From: Candidatus Tepidifontimicrobium thermophilum
GTDB lineage: Bacteria > Sysuimicrobiota > Sysuimicrobiia > Sysuimicrobiales > Sysuimicrobiaceae
DNA: 64,000 bases
Assembly: GCA_031459915.1 (NCBI GenBank)
Contig: JAVKHO010000012.1
Coordinates: forward strand, 25,651-89,650
Reading direction: 5' to 3'
Below the pieces are notes generated by a model, which was not told where the DNA came from, ran no database searches, and saw only the letters and a program-made list of their open reading frames with translations. Shown here piece after piece: positions 18,779 through 29,421 of the stretch; positions within the stretch are counted from its first letter, which is position 1, and the number at the start of each line of letters is the position of its first letter. A program made the translations under genes and the position numbers.

Positions 18779-19667
18779 GGTTTTGCCCGCCCGCGGCGCG
18801 CAGCACCGCGGCCCTCCACTCGCCGTCCCGCAGCAGGCGCTCCACCCGCAGGCCGTGCGCTGCGGCGGCCTCCAGGACCGACTTCGCGTTGCCGGCCACC
18901 ATCCCCGATACCACCCAGGCACCGCCCGGCCGCAGGTGACGGCCCACCAGGGGCACTGCCCGGAGCAGCACCTCCGCGGTGATGTTCATCAGCACCACGT
19001 CCGCCCGGCCCCGCACCGGTCCGAACAGGTCCCCGCACCGCACCACCACCCGGTCGCTCACGCGGTTGGCCCGCGCGTTGGCCCGCGCGATCTGGCAGGC
19101 CAGCCGGTCGCAGTCCACCGCCAGCACCCGCGCGCCCAGCTTGGCCGCGGCGATGGCCAGGATTCCGGACCCGGTCCCCACGTCCAACACCCGCGCACCC
19201 CTTCGCACCAGGTCAGGCAGCACCCGCAGGCACAGCCGCGTGGACTCGTGCAGCCCCGTACCGAAGGCCATGCCCGGGTTCAGCACGAGAACCAAGGCCC
19301 CGCCGCCACGGCGGTGGTGGGCCCAGGGCGGCCGGACGAGGAACCGACCCACCCGGAACGGCTGGAAGTGCCGCCGCCACGCGGTCTCCCACGGCTGTCC
19401 CGGGATGGTCCTGACCCGGACCTGGCAGGCGCCCGGATCCAGCCCCCACGCCGCCACCTGCCGGATGCGCCCAAGTAGGGCCTCCACGCACCGGCGGGAC
19501 ACCGGGTCATCCGGAAGCCACGCCACCAGCCTCACCCCGCCGTCCCCCCGCTCCTCCGCCCACCCCGGTACCAGCTCGACCAGCTGTGCCGCTGCCACCT
19601 CCGCGGCCTCGGGCGAGGTCACCACGGACACCTCTAGCCAGGACGAACTGGCCTTGCCCGGCCTCAC
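18759..19667 (-). CDS. prmA: Ribosomal protein L11 methyltransferase
   Basis: [23 protein letters not shown]; dnaJ-prmA-rsmE synteny. Confidence 0.93.
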   Translation of the reverse strand: MRPGKASSSWLEVSVVTSPEAAEVAAAQLVELVPGWAEERGDGGVRLVAWLPDDPVSRRCVEALLGRIRQVAAWGLDPGACQVRVRTIPGQPWETAWRRHFQPFRVGRFLVRPPWAHHRRGGGALVLVLNPGMAFGTGLHESTRLCLRVLPDLVRRGARVLDVGTGSGILAIAAAKLGARVLAVDCDRLACQIARANARANRVSDRVVVRCGDLFGPVRGRADVVLMNITAEVLLRAVPLVGRHLRPGGAWVVSGMVAGNAKSVLEAAAAHGLRVERLLRDGEWRAAVLRAAGGQNRAAPSG

Positions 19668-20758
19668 GACAGCAGGTCCTTCACGCGGTCGGAGAACTTG
19701 CGGCGCTGGGGCTTGACGTCCAGGCCCATGGTCCTGGCCAGTTCCAGCAGCAGCCGGCGCTGCTCCCCGGTGAGCTGTCGGGGGATCTCCACCCGCACCC
19801 GGAAGTGCAGGTCGCCCCGGCGCCCCTGCAGGTCAGGCATGCCGCGGCCCTTCAGGGTCAGCACCTCTCCGGGCTGCACGCCTGCGGGCAGGGTGACCCG
19901 CTCCGGACCGTCCAGGGTGGGGACCTCCACCTCGTCGCCCAGGGCCGCCTGGACCATGGAGACGGTCAGATCCGCGTAGAGGTCGCGTCCCTTCCGGTGG
20001 AAGACCGGGTGCCGGCTCAGGTGCAGCACCACGTACAGGTCTCCCCGGGGCCCGCCGTGCACACCCGCCTCGCCCTCCTCCGGAACGCGCAGCGTGGTGC
20101 CGTCTTCCGCGCCCGGTGGCACCCGCACGGTCACCGTGCGCTGCGCCTCCACGCGCCCGGCACCTCCGCACCGGGCGCACGGGTTCACCAGGATCGTGCC
20201 CTCGCCGCCGCAGCGGGGGCACGTGGTGATCTGGGTGAAGTGGCCGAACGCGGTCCTCCGGGAGTACCGCACCTGCCCCGACCCGGCGCAGGACGGGCAT
20301 TCCCGCAGCCCGCCGCCTCGCTCCGCGCCGGTTCCGAAACACGACGGGCACGTCTCCAGCCGCGTGACCTCCACCGACCGCTCCGCCCCCCGTGCGGCCT
20401 CCTCCAGGGTCACCTCCAGGTCGTACCGGAGGTCGGCACCGCGCTGAGGCCCGCGCTCCTGACGCGGCGCGGCCCCCCCGAAGAAGGCCTCGAACAGCTC
20501 CTCGAAGGGGCTGCGGAAGTCAAACGGGCCAGGCGCGGGCGTGCCCCTGCGGCCCAGGCGGTCGTACTCCGCGCGTTTCTGAGGGTCTGACAGAACCTGG
20601 TAGGCCTCGTTGATCTCCTTGAAACGTTCCTCCGCCTGCGGGTCGTCCTTGCGCACGTCAGGGTGGTACTCGCGGGCCAGGCGGCGGTAAGCCGCCTTGA
20701 TCTCCTCCAGCGAGGCGTCCCGCGGAACGTTCAGGACCTCGTAGTAGTCGCGCGGCAT
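19664..20758 (-). CDS. dnaJ: Chaperone DnaJ
   Basis: J-domain HPD and four CxxCxGxG repeats. Confidence 0.97.
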   Translation of the reverse strand: MPRDYYEVLNVPRDASLEEIKAAYRRLAREYHPDVRKDDPQAEERFKEINEAYQVLSDPQKRAEYDRLGRRGTPAPGPFDFRSPFEELFEAFFGGAAPRQERGPQRGADLRYDLEVTLEEAARGAERSVEVTRLETCPSCFGTGAERGGGLRECPSCAGSGQVRYSRRTAFGHFTQITTCPRCGGEGTILVNPCARCGGAGRVEAQRTVTVRVPPGAEDGTTLRVPEEGEAGVHGGPRGDLYVVLHLSRHPVFHRKGRDLYADLTVSMVQAALGDEVEVPTLDGPERVTLPAGVQPGEVLTLKGRGMPDLQGRRGDLHFRVRVEIPRQLTGEQRRLLLELARTMGLDVKPQRRKFSDRVKDLLS

Positions 20759-20884
20759 CGCCTGCGGTCACCCCCTGGCGGCGGGGCCTGCAGCCGACCT
20801 CCCCTGGCCCGCCCCACGCACGCGCCATCTAAGTAGGGTACCCCAATAACGGAAACGTCGGCCGGTGCCTGGGCCCTCCGGCCC

Positions 20885-21931
20885 CTACACCGCGTAACTG
20901 AGGCTGTGGGAGAGGGCCTGGGCCAGGTAGCGGACCAGGGCGATGGTCCGCGCGTAGGGCATGCGGGTGGGCCCCACCACGCCCACCACGCCGACGGTAC
21001 GGCCCCGGACGCGGTAGGCGGCAGCCACCACGCTGCAACTCCACATCTCGCCCACCGGGTTCTCCCGCCCGATCCGGACGTGGACGTCCGTGGGGGCCGG
21101 AAGGAGGACGTCCCGGAGCACCTCCTCCCGGTCCAGGGCAGCCAGCACCGGCCGCGCGCGGCGCACGTCCTGGAACTCCGGCTGCTTGAGGATGTTGGAC
21201 ACGCCCTCCACGAAGAACCGCACGCCGGTCCGCAGGCCCCCGTAGCGGCGCAGCTGCGCTACGACCGCCTTCACCAGGTCCGCCTGGTCGGGCACGGCCG
21301 CGGCGATCCGTTCCGCCACCCCGTCCGTGATCTCCGACACGGACAGACCTGCCAGGGCCCGGGTGAGCAGCTGGGAGACCTGACGGAGGTCGTCCTCCGT
21401 GGCCGGCCGCTGCAGCCGGACCACGCGCTGCTCCACCGCCCCTTCCGCGACGACCAACAAAAGCGCCCGCTGGTCCGACAGAGGAACGAGGTGCAGGCGC
21501 TGGAGACGTCGAGGCCCGTCCGGGGTGCTGGCCACCGACGGGTAGTCCGTGAGGGAGGCCAGGGTCTGGACCGCCTCGGCCAGGGCGTCCTCCGGGTGGT
21601 CCTTGGACTGCATCCGGCGACGGATGCGCTCGCGTTCTGCCGCGCTCAGCCGCTGCTCCACGCCTGCGGCCGGGTGACCGGCCATCAGCCAGTCCACGTA
21701 CAGGCGGTAGGCGCGGTCCGTGGGCACCCGTCCCGCGGAGGTGTGCGGCTGGTACAGGTAGCCCATCTCCGTGAGGGCGTGCATTCCGTTGCGGATGGTG
21801 GCCGCACTCACGCCGAGCCCGTAACGCTGGCACAGGGCTTCCGAGGCCACGGGCTCCGCCCGGGCCACGTACTCCTGGATCACCGCCCACAGGATCTGCT
21901 GCTTACGCGCGTCCAGCTCCCGCGCCAGCAT
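20885..21931 (-). CDS. hrcA: Heat-inducible transcription repressor HrcA
   Basis: SAATIRN, QPHTSAGRVPTD, GVVGPTRMPY. Confidence 0.95.
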   Translation of the reverse strand: MLARELDARKQQILWAVIQEYVARAEPVASEALCQRYGLGVSAATIRNGMHALTEMGYLYQPHTSAGRVPTDRAYRLYVDWLMAGHPAAGVEQRLSAAERERIRRRMQSKDHPEDALAEAVQTLASLTDYPSVASTPDGPRRLQRLHLVPLSDQRALLLVVAEGAVEQRVVRLQRPATEDDLRQVSQLLTRALAGLSVSEITDGVAERIAAAVPDQADLVKAVVAQLRRYGGLRTGVRFFVEGVSNILKQPEFQDVRRARPVLAALDREEVLRDVLLPAPTDVHVRIGRENPVGEMWSCSVVAAAYRVRGRTVGVVGVVGPTRMPYARTIALVRYLAQALSHSLSYAV

Positions 21932-21975
21932 GGCCAAAACCACACCGACGGCTCTCGCTCCTCGAGCCCCTCCGC

Positions 21976-22002
21976 CTAGCACTCAGGCGCCCAGAGTGCT
22001 AA
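21976..22002. promoter_or_regulatory. CIRCE element (HrcA operator)
   Basis: CTAGCACTC-N9-GAGTGCTAA, one mismatch to the consensus, upstream of hrcA. Confidence 0.95.
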
Positions 22003-22039
22003 CTCCCGCGCCCACGGTAGCATCCGCGCTGTTGGCCGG

Positions 22040-23644
22040 TCAAGCGCGGGACGACGCGGCGCCCCGACGGAACAGGCCCACGACCACCCGCAGCTCCTCG
22101 ATGCGGGTCAGGGCGCTGGCCACTAGGTACGCGGCACCGCCGGCAGCCAGGGCGAAGGCCAGCTGCACCAGCTGGCCCCGAAGGCGCTGGGGATCCACCC
22201 ACCCTCCCGCTCCCTGTGCCGCGGCCCAGGCGGCTAGGCCGCACAGTGCCGCGGCGGCCATCGCCCGCGCCACGCTGCGCCCCACCCGGCGGCCCTCCAG
22301 CGAGCCCAGCCGCCGCCGGGCCAGCCACAGCAGCGTCGCCACGTTGACGGTGGAGACTGCGCTGGTGGCCAAGGCGATCCCCATGTGGCCCCACCACCTC
22401 ATGAACAGCCAGTCCAGCACCGCGTTCAGGACGATCATGGCCGCACCCACCCGCACGGGCGTCGCCATGTCGTGCAGGGCGTAGAAGACCCGGGTGACCA
22501 CGGTGTAGCACGCCACCGACACGAGCCCGACCCCGTAGGCGGCCACCGCCCCCGCCACCGCGTCCGTGGCCTCCGGGCCGAAGGCGTACCGTTCAAAGAG
22601 GACCCGTACCAGCAGGTCGGGCACCGACACGTACAGGGCCAGCACGGGCGCGGTGGCGAACACTGCCGCCCGCAGCCCCAACGACGCGGTCCGACGTAGG
22701 GATTCCAGGTCCCCAGTGCCGGCGTGGCGCGACAGGTGGGGGAAGATGGCGGTGGCGATGGAGATGGCGAAGAACCCCACGGGGGCCTGGACCACCTCGT
22801 ACGCGTAGTCCAGCACCGCCACCGCGTTCACCGTGCCGCCCGGGAGGTACGAGGCGAACACGCGGTCCACGTAGCTGTTGACCTCCACCACCGCCAGGCC
22901 CATCATGGCCGGCAGGGCCAAGCGCACCACCTCCCGCAGGGCCGGGTGCCGGAGTTCCAGCCGGGGCCGGTAGCGGAGGCCGGCGCGCAGCGCCGCGGGG
23001 ACCTGCACCAGGCACTGCGCCGCGGTGCCCAGTACCCACGCCACCGCGAGCCCGCGGATGTCCCACAGGGGTGCCAGGACCACAGAGGCCCCGATGATCA
23101 CCAGGTTGAACAGCAGGGGCGCTAGAGCCGGTACGGTGAACTGCTGGTGGGACTGCAGGTATCCGGTGAGGAACAGGGAGACGCCGAGGAAGAACATCGC
23201 CACGAACAGGATCCGGGTGAGTTCCGTGGCCAGCTCCAGGAGCCGCGGCGCCGCCGCGAACCCCGGCGCCGCCACCGGGATCACCCAGGGCGCCACCGCC
23301 TGGCCCGCCGCCACCATCGCCAGCCCCACCAGCAGGACGAAGGTCAGCAGGTTGTTGACCACGCGGTCGGTCTCCGCGGGGTCCCCGCGGGTGAGGTACC
23401 GGGTGATGGTGGGGATGAACACGATGCTCAGGGTGCCGCCCATCAGCAGCCGCTGCACGAAGAACGGCACCGAGTAGGCCACCACGTAGGCGGCCTTGGC
23501 GTCGCCGGCGCCGAACAGGGCCGCCACGGTAGCTTCGCGCACCACCCCCAGCAGGCGGCTCGCGACCGCCGCGGCGGCCATGATGCCCGCCGCCTTCGCG
23601 ATCTGCCTAGGGGCCCCGGTGTGGGCTTCTGGCGTGGCTTGCAG
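22040..23644 (-). CDS. murJ: Lipid II flippase MurJ (MviN)
   Basis: SRLLGVVRE, GTLSIVFIP, VDRVFAS, SIATAIFP, RVFYALHD; start uncertain (CTG 23644, ATC 23650 or ATG 23581). Confidence 0.9.
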   Translation of the reverse strand: MQATPEAHTGAPRQIAKAAGIMAAAAVASRLLGVVREATVAALFGAGDAKAAYVVAYSVPFFVQRLLMGGTLSIVFIPTITRYLTRGDPAETDRVVNNLLTFVLLVGLAMVAAGQAVAPWVIPVAAPGFAAAPRLLELATELTRILFVAMFFLGVSLFLTGYLQSHQQFTVPALAPLLFNLVIIGASVVLAPLWDIRGLAVAWVLGTAAQCLVQVPAALRAGLRYRPRLELRHPALREVVRLALPAMMGLAVVEVNSYVDRVFASYLPGGTVNAVAVLDYAYEVVQAPVGFFAISIATAIFPHLSRHAGTGDLESLRRTASLGLRAAVFATAPVLALYVSVPDLLVRVLFERYAFGPEATDAVAGAVAAYGVGLVSVACYTVVTRVFYALHDMATPVRVGAAMIVLNAVLDWLFMRWWGHMGIALATSAVSTVNVATLLWLARRRLGSLEGRRVGRSVARAMAAAALCGLAAWAAAQGAGGWVDPQRLRGQLVQLAFALAAGGAAYLVASALTRIEELRVVVGLFRRGAASSRA

Positions 23645-23726
23645 GCGGATGGGCCACCTCCGGCTGCGGTCGGCTGCCGATATGGTACAATGCGCCGGGA
23701 CCGTCGGTGAGAGGAGGTCGCACGGC

Positions 23727-23972
23727 GTGGCGAAGCGGAGTCGTTCGGCGCTCAAGCGGTTGCGGCAGACGGTCAGGCGGACCCTGCGCAACCGTGCGGT
23801 GAAGTCCAAGGTGAAGACGCTCGTCAAGAAGGCCCGGAGCACCCGGGATCTGGAAGCCCTGCGAGCCGCGGTGAAGGCTATCGACAAGGCCGCGGCCAAG
23901 GGGATCCTGCACCGCAACACCGCAGCCCGCAAGAAGAGCCGGCTGATGCGGGCCGTTCTGCAGCCCGGCTAG
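23727..23972 (+). CDS. rpsT: 30S ribosomal protein S20
   Basis: SALKRLRQ..RN, IDKAAAKGILHRNTAARKKSRL; SD AGGAGG. Confidence 0.95.
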   Translation: MAKRSRSALKRLRQTVRRTLRNRAVKSKVKTLVKKARSTRDLEALRAAVKAIDKAAAKGILHRNTAARKKSRLMRAVLQPG

Positions 23973-24952
23973 GCGCGGGCCCCGGCCGGCCCACACAGCC
24001 GCACCACCAGCTGCTGGACCAGCACGTCCGCGGCGCCCGCGGACGTCTTCAACTGCAGGTCCGTCCGCTCGATGTGCTGGTACAGCTCCGCCAGCCGCCC
24101 GCTCCCTAACCGCCGTACCTGCTCCCGATACCGCCCAAAGAGCCACGCACGGCTGCCGAGGGCCTGCCGCACCTGCCCGGAAGTGGCCCTCTGCGCGACC
24201 AGCGCCTGCGTGTACAGCAGGGCCCGGAAGTGGGAGGCCAGGAGCGCCACAAGTCCCACCGGGTTTTCCCGCTCCAGCAACCTCTGCAGCACCCGCAACG
24301 CGGTCCCCGCGTCCCCCGCCGCCACCGCGTCCGTGAGGGCGAACACGGACACCTCCGCGCCGTGCGAGGCCACCGCCTCCACGTCGGACAGCTGAAGGGT
24401 GGCGCGCTCCCCGGCGTACGCCACCAGCTTTTCCACCTCTCCCGACAGGGCATGCAGGTCGGTGCCCACCGCGGCCACCAGCGCCCGGGCCGCCTCCCCC
24501 GTGATGCGCTTGCCCAACTCTCGCACCCGGGAGGTCACCCACGCGACGGCGTCCCGGGCCTCCAGCGGGTTGGCCTCCACCACCTCCGCCACCCGCTGGA
24601 GCACCCCCCAGAGCCGGCGGCGCCGGTCCAGGGAAGCCGCTTCCAGCACCAGCACGCACGCCGGGGGATTTGCTTCCAGGTACGCCGCCAGCCGCTCCTG
24701 GGCGGGCGCGGGCAGGCGGTCCGCCTGCCGCACCACCACCACCCGAGTGCCCCCGAAGAAAGGCAGGGTGTCCGCCCGCGTGAGGATCTCCGCAACGTCC
24801 ACTTCCGCGGCGTCCAGCTGGTCGAGGTTCAGCTCCTGTTCCGCGGGGGTCAAGTAGGCACTCACCAGGCGTGCTACCGCCCTGCGGCGCAGCCACGCCT
24901 CCTCACCCACCACCACGTAGACCTGCCTTCGCGGAGCACGTTCGCGGCTCAT
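23969..24952 (-). CDS. holA: DNA polymerase III delta subunit
   Basis: YVVVGEE, TLPFFGGTRVVVV, EVEKLVAY, VFALTDA; comEC-holA-rpsT synteny. Confidence 0.9.
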   Translation of the reverse strand: MSRERAPRRQVYVVVGEEAWLRRRAVARLVSAYLTPAEQELNLDQLDAAEVDVAEILTRADTLPFFGGTRVVVVRQADRLPAPAQERLAAYLEANPPACVLVLEAASLDRRRRLWGVLQRVAEVVEANPLEARDAVAWVTSRVRELGKRITGEAARALVAAVGTDLHALSGEVEKLVAYAGERATLQLSDVEAVASHGAEVSVFALTDAVAAGDAGTALRVLQRLLERENPVGLVALLASHFRALLYTQALVAQRATSGQVRQALGSRAWLFGRYREQVRRLGSGRLAELYQHIERTDLQLKTSAGAADVLVQQLVVRLCGPAGARA

Positions 24953-25158
24953 CGACCTTCCTCTTCCAGCCCGTCCAACGCGTCCCGCACCCGCGCCCGC
25001 CACGGGTTGGGTGCCAGGCGCACCTGGATCCGCACACCGCTTCCCTCCCGGGCGCTCCGCGGCAGGGCCGAGCGGGGCAGGAAGGCTGCCTGACCGCCTT
25101 CCAGGACGAGCACGGCTACCTCGTCCTCCACGCGGTCCACCACGCCGTACAGCACCAC
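24949..25158 (-). CDS. DUF3006-like small protein
   Basis: GVVDRVEDEVAVLVLE...LPRSALP..AREG; typical position after comEC. Confidence 0.7.
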   Translation of the reverse strand: MVLYGVVDRVEDEVAVLVLEGGQAAFLPRSALPRSAREGSGVRIQVRLAPNPWRARVRDALDGLEEEGR

Positions 25159-27413
25159 GGTCTGGTCGTCTGCACCCACAGCGCCCTCCCGTCCGTGCGA
25201 ATGGTCACCGCGCCGTCGCGGTCCGTGCGGTACACGGGGATCCCGAGCCGGCCGTAACGCGCCAGCACCTCGCGGTGCGGGTGCCCGTACGGATTCCAGC
25301 GGCCCACGGACAGCACCGCCACCTTAGGGGAGACCGCCCTCAGGAAGGGGTCGGTGCTGCTCGTGCGGCTGCCCTGATGCGGGACTTTCAGCACCTCCGC
25401 CCGCAGGTCTTCCCCCGAGGCCACCAGCGCGCCCTCCGCGCCTGCCTCCACATCCCCCGGAAAGAGGAACCGGACCTGCCGGTAGCGCAGCGACACCACC
25501 ACCGAGTTCTCGTTCGCCGCGGACGGCCCCTGCCAGAGGGTCTGCGCCGGCCACAGCACGTGCAGGTCCACTTCACCCAGACTCACCCGCACACCCCGCC
25601 GTGCCAGGTGGTACGGGATCCGCCGATCGCGCACCGTCTGCAGGAACGCCGCGTAGACGGGAGAAGGGTGCGGGTAGCCACCGTCCAGCACCACGCCGGC
25701 CCCAAACCGCCGCAGGGTGTGTGCGAGGCCGGCCACGTGGTCCGCGTGCGGGTGGCTCAGCACCGCTACGTCCACCCGGCCACCGCTTCTCGCCAGGAAG
25801 CTGGTGATCGGCTCTGCCTCGGGCCCGCCGTCCACCACCACCCGGTGCCCGTGCGGGGTGCGGATCACGACCGCGTCGCCCTGACCGACATCCAGGAACA
25901 CGACTTCGGCAAGGGGTGGCGGCGGGAGAGCCCGGACCCACACCGACGCGGCGACCGCCAGGACCGCGGCCACCACCGCCCTCCCGGTTCGCACCCACCC
26001 CCGCCACGCGGCCACCGCCAGCAGGGCACACCACGCCAGTACCAGCGCGCCTGCTGTCGGGTCTGTGGCGTGCGCGGTGGCAGCGGGCAACGAGGAAACC
26101 GTGCGGGCTACCCAGACCAGGTACGCACACCCGGCCCCCGCCAGCCACAACACCGGCAGCGCGGCCGGAAGCCAAGCAAGCCCCAGCAGGCCGCCCACAA
26201 GGCCCGCGGGCACCACGAACGCGGACGCGGGTACGGCCAGCACGTTGGCCACCACCGCCCACGGCTGCAACTGGCCGAAGTGCCACACCACCAGGGGGGC
26301 CACGAACAGCTGGCAAGAGACGGCCGCCGCCACGCCCTCCCGTACCAGCTGCGGTCCGTTCCCGAAGGCCCCCTCCAGGGGCCGGGCCAGCAGCACAAGC
26401 CCCGCGGTGGCCGCGAAGGAGAGCTGGAAGCCGACGTCCACCAGCCACAGCGGCCGTACGGCTACCAGCGCTGCGGCCGTGAACGCCAGCAGCGTGTAGG
26501 GATCCACCTCCCGCTTGAGCAGTCCCGCGGCCACCCCCACTCCGGCCATCAGCGCTGCCCGCGCCATCGAGGGCTCCCACCCGGCTACCCACGCGAACAC
26601 CAGCACCGCCGCCAGGGCTCCGACGACCCGTACCGGCCGGCGGAACCGGCGCAGGGCCAGGTAGGCCGCGGCGGCCACGGTGGACAGCTGCGCGCCCGAG
26701 GCCACCAGCAGGTGCACCAGCCCGCTTGCCCGGAACACCTCCTGCAGGTCGCGGTCCGGCACGGGGATCCCCAGCACGACCCCCGCCAGCACCGCGTCCA
26801 GAGGAGGGCCCAGGGCCCTCTGGTAGACCCGGCGCAGCGCCTCGCGAGCCCACGAGGGCCAGCGCAGCCACGGGGGGCCATGGCCGCGCTCTACCACCTC
26901 CACCTGCTCCGCCACCAACACAGCCCGGGCGTCCTGGCGGTAAAGCCAGCGCGCGGGGTCGGGTTGCCCTGGGTTTGTGGGCACGGGAAGCGGTAGCAGC
27001 CTTCCACGGACCCGCACCACGTCTCCGGCGGAGACCGGCCTGTGGCCGCGTACCTGCACTCGGCTGGGCCGCACGCCTGCGGGCCGCAGCACGTGCGTAG
27101 CCTGGAGGACGAACCGCCTGCCGGCGGTGACGGCCAGTCCTTCCACTTCCACCACCTGGCCGGCTCGGCCCGCTAGCTGGTCCGGCCCCGGGGGCGTACG
27201 GGCCCGCGCGCCTGCAGCGGCACCCGCAGCCGCAGCACAGACCATCAGGACTGCGGTCGCGGATCGGGCCCGGCCTGCGGCCCACACGCACACGGGCACA
27301 AGCGCCGCAGAAACCCCCAGGGCAGCCTGAACGGGAACCAGACCGTGCACTCCCGCCGCGGCGCCCGCGACGAAGGCTACGGAAACCCACACTAGCGGCC
27401 TGCGCACGTCCAC
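25116..27413 (-). CDS. comEC: DNA uptake channel ComEC/Rec2 with metallo-beta-lactamase domain
   Basis: TNPG, SGLVHLLVASG, GFQLSF, DVGQGD, SHPHADH, KVPHQGS, NPYGHPH, YRTDRDG. Confidence 0.93.
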   Translation of the reverse strand: MDVRRPLVWVSVAFVAGAAAGVHGLVPVQAALGVSAALVPVCVWAAGRARSATAVLMVCAAAAGAAAGARARTPPGPDQLAGRAGQVVEVEGLAVTAGRRFVLQATHVLRPAGVRPSRVQVRGHRPVSAGDVVRVRGRLLPLPVPTNPGQPDPARWLYRQDARAVLVAEQVEVVERGHGPPWLRWPSWAREALRRVYQRALGPPLDAVLAGVVLGIPVPDRDLQEVFRASGLVHLLVASGAQLSTVAAAAYLALRRFRRPVRVVGALAAVLVFAWVAGWEPSMARAALMAGVGVAAGLLKREVDPYTLLAFTAAALVAVRPLWLVDVGFQLSFAATAGLVLLARPLEGAFGNGPQLVREGVAAAVSCQLFVAPLVVWHFGQLQPWAVVANVLAVPASAFVVPAGLVGGLLGLAWLPAALPVLWLAGAGCAYLVWVARTVSSLPAATAHATDPTAGALVLAWCALLAVAAWRGWVRTGRAVVAAVLAVAASVWVRALPPPPLAEVVFLDVGQGDAVVIRTPHGHRVVVDGGPEAEPITSFLARSGGRVDVAVLSHPHADHVAGLAHTLRRFGAGVVLDGGYPHPSPVYAAFLQTVRDRRIPYHLARRGVRVSLGEVDLHVLWPAQTLWQGPSAANENSVVVSLRYRQVRFLFPGDVEAGAEGALVASGEDLRAEVLKVPHQGSRTSSTDPFLRAVSPKVAVLSVGRWNPYGHPHREVLARYGRLGIPVYRTDRDGAVTIRTDGRALWVQTTRPWCCTAWWTAWRTR

Positions 27414-27426
27414 CCCCGGACCGAAC

Positions 27427-27458
27427 TCCCGAAGAGTGAACGCGCCCAGCCGGGTTTT
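27427..27458 (-). promoter_or_regulatory. Motif AAAACCCGG-N6-GCGTTC-N-CTCTT-CGGGA upstream of comEC
   Basis: Near-identical copy at 31638-31671 upstream of yraN. Confidence 0.6.
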
Positions 27459-27479
27459 TTGACGAGGTCGCGGGCCCGT

Positions 27480-29408
27480 CTACCGCCGCTGGCGGACCTC
27501 GTCCAGGACGCGGACCACGAACTCCTCCAGGGGAAAGGTGCCCAGCTCCCCGCGGCTGCGGTGGCGGACCGCCACAGCCCCGGCCTGCTCCTCGCGGTCG
27601 CCCACCACCAGCATGTAGGGGACCTTGTTCACCTGCGCGTCGCGGATCTTCTTAGCCACCTTCTCGCTCCGGAGGTCCACCTCCGCCCGCAGGCCCGCCT
27701 CCCGCAGCCGGTCCCGTACCTGCTGGGCGTAGTCGCCATGGCGGTCCGCCACGGGGAGGACCCGGACCTGTTCGGGGGCCAGCCACAGGGGGAACGCGCC
27801 CGCGTGGTGCTCGATGAGGATGCCCAGGAACCGTTCCAGGGAGCCCAGCAGCGCCCGGTGGATCATGACGGGCCGGTGCGGGCGGTTGTCCTCGCCCACG
27901 TAGGTCAGGTCGAAGCGCTCGGGGAGCACGAAGTCCAGCTGCACCGTGGTGAGCTGCCACTTCCGGCCCAGGGCGTCGTGGAAGTACACGTCGATCTTCG
28001 GACCGTAGAAGTTCGCCTCGCCCGGCGCGCGGGTGTAGGGCGCCCCGTGGCGGCGCAGGGCCGCCTCCAGGGCCGCCTCCGCCCGCTCCCACACCTCCGG
28101 AGCCCCCGCGTACCTTCCCGCCTGCGCAGGGTCCCGTACGGACAGCATCACCTCGTACGTCTCGAAGCCGAAGGCGCGGTGGACGGAGAACGCCAGGTCC
28201 AGCAGGCTGAGGATCTCCTCCTCGATCTGGTCCGGCCGGCAGAAGATGTGCGCGTCGTCCTGGGTGATCATCCGCACCCGCAGCAGCCCGTGCAGGACCC
28301 CGGACCGCTCGTACCGGTACACGGTCCCGAACTCCGCCAGCCGCACGGGGAGCTCCCGGTAGCTGCGGGTGCGGCTGGCGTAGATGGCCACGTGGAAGGG
28401 ACAGTTCATGGGCTTCACCAGGTAGCGCTGCCCCTCCACCTCGATGCCGCTGAACATGTTGTCCCGGTACCAGCTGAGGTGTCCGCTGCGCTCCCACAGC
28501 TCCTCCCGGGCCACGTGGGGCGTGTACACCCACTGGTAGCCGCGGCGGTCCAGCTCCGCCCGCAGGAACTCCTCGATGCACCGGCGGACCACCGCGCCCC
28601 GCGGGTGCCAGAGCACGAGGCCGGGGCCGATGCTGTCCTCGATGCTGAACAGCTCCAGCTCGCGTCCCAGCCGTCGGTGGTCGCGCCGCTTCGCCTCCTC
28701 CAGCCGGTGCAGGTAGGCCTCCAGCTGCGCGGGCTCCGGGAAGGTGATCCCGTACACCCGCTGCAGCATCTCCCGCCGCTCGTCGCCCCGCCAGTACGCC
28801 CCGCTGCAGCCTAAGACCTTGATGGCCCGGATCAGCCCCGTGCGCGGGATGTGGGGACCCCGGCACATGTCCAGAAAGCCGTCCTGCCGGTAGAAGGAGA
28901 CACGTTCGTCCGGGATCCCCTCCAGCAGCTCCAGCTTGTACCGCTCCCCCATCTCCTGGTACAGGCGCACCGCTTCCGCGCGGGGGAGTTCGACCCGTTC
29001 GATGACCTGGTCCCGCGCCGCCAGCTCCCGCATCCGGTCCTCGATGCGCTGCAGGTCCTCCGGTTCCAGAGGCCGGCCCACGTCGATGTCGTAGTAGAAC
29101 CCGTCCTCGATGGGGGGGCCGATGGCCAGCTTGGCCTGCGGGAACAGCTCCTTCACCGCCTGCGCCAGCAGGTGGGCGGAGGAGTGCCAGTAGATCTGGC
29201 GGCCCTCGGGGTCCTCGAACCGCAAAAACCGCACCTCCGCGTCGCCCTCCACCTGCGCGCTGAGGTCCCGGGCCTGTCCGTCCACCACGGCGGCCAGGAC
29301 CCCCTCCTCGCCCCGCAGGCGTGCCACCTCCGCCAGGGGCGTCCCCGCGGGGACCTCCACCTGCGAGCCGTCCGGGAACCGGACCCGAACCGTCTGCGAC
29401 CCCTCCAC
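27480..29408 (-). CDS. thrS: Threonyl-tRNA synthetase
   Basis: TGS domain, HSSAHLLA, DMCRGPH, RDHRRLG, KPMNCP, FYGPKID, HRALLGSLERF. Confidence 0.97.
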   Translation of the reverse strand: MEGSQTVRVRFPDGSQVEVPAGTPLAEVARLRGEEGVLAAVVDGQARDLSAQVEGDAEVRFLRFEDPEGRQIYWHSSAHLLAQAVKELFPQAKLAIGPPIEDGFYYDIDVGRPLEPEDLQRIEDRMRELAARDQVIERVELPRAEAVRLYQEMGERYKLELLEGIPDERVSFYRQDGFLDMCRGPHIPRTGLIRAIKVLGCSGAYWRGDERREMLQRVYGITFPEPAQLEAYLHRLEEAKRRDHRRLGRELELFSIEDSIGPGLVLWHPRGAVVRRCIEEFLRAELDRRGYQWVYTPHVAREELWERSGHLSWYRDNMFSGIEVEGQRYLVKPMNCPFHVAIYASRTRSYRELPVRLAEFGTVYRYERSGVLHGLLRVRMITQDDAHIFCRPDQIEEEILSLLDLAFSVHRAFGFETYEVMLSVRDPAQAGRYAGAPEVWERAEAALEAALRRHGAPYTRAPGEANFYGPKIDVYFHDALGRKWQLTTVQLDFVLPERFDLTYVGEDNRPHRPVMIHRALLGSLERFLGILIEHHAGAFPLWLAPEQVRVLPVADRHGDYAQQVRDRLREAGLRAEVDLRSEKVAKKIRDAQVNKVPYMLVVGDREEQAGAVAVRHRSRGELGTFPLEEFVVRVLDEVRQRR

Positions 29409-29421
29409 CGGCACCACCTCC

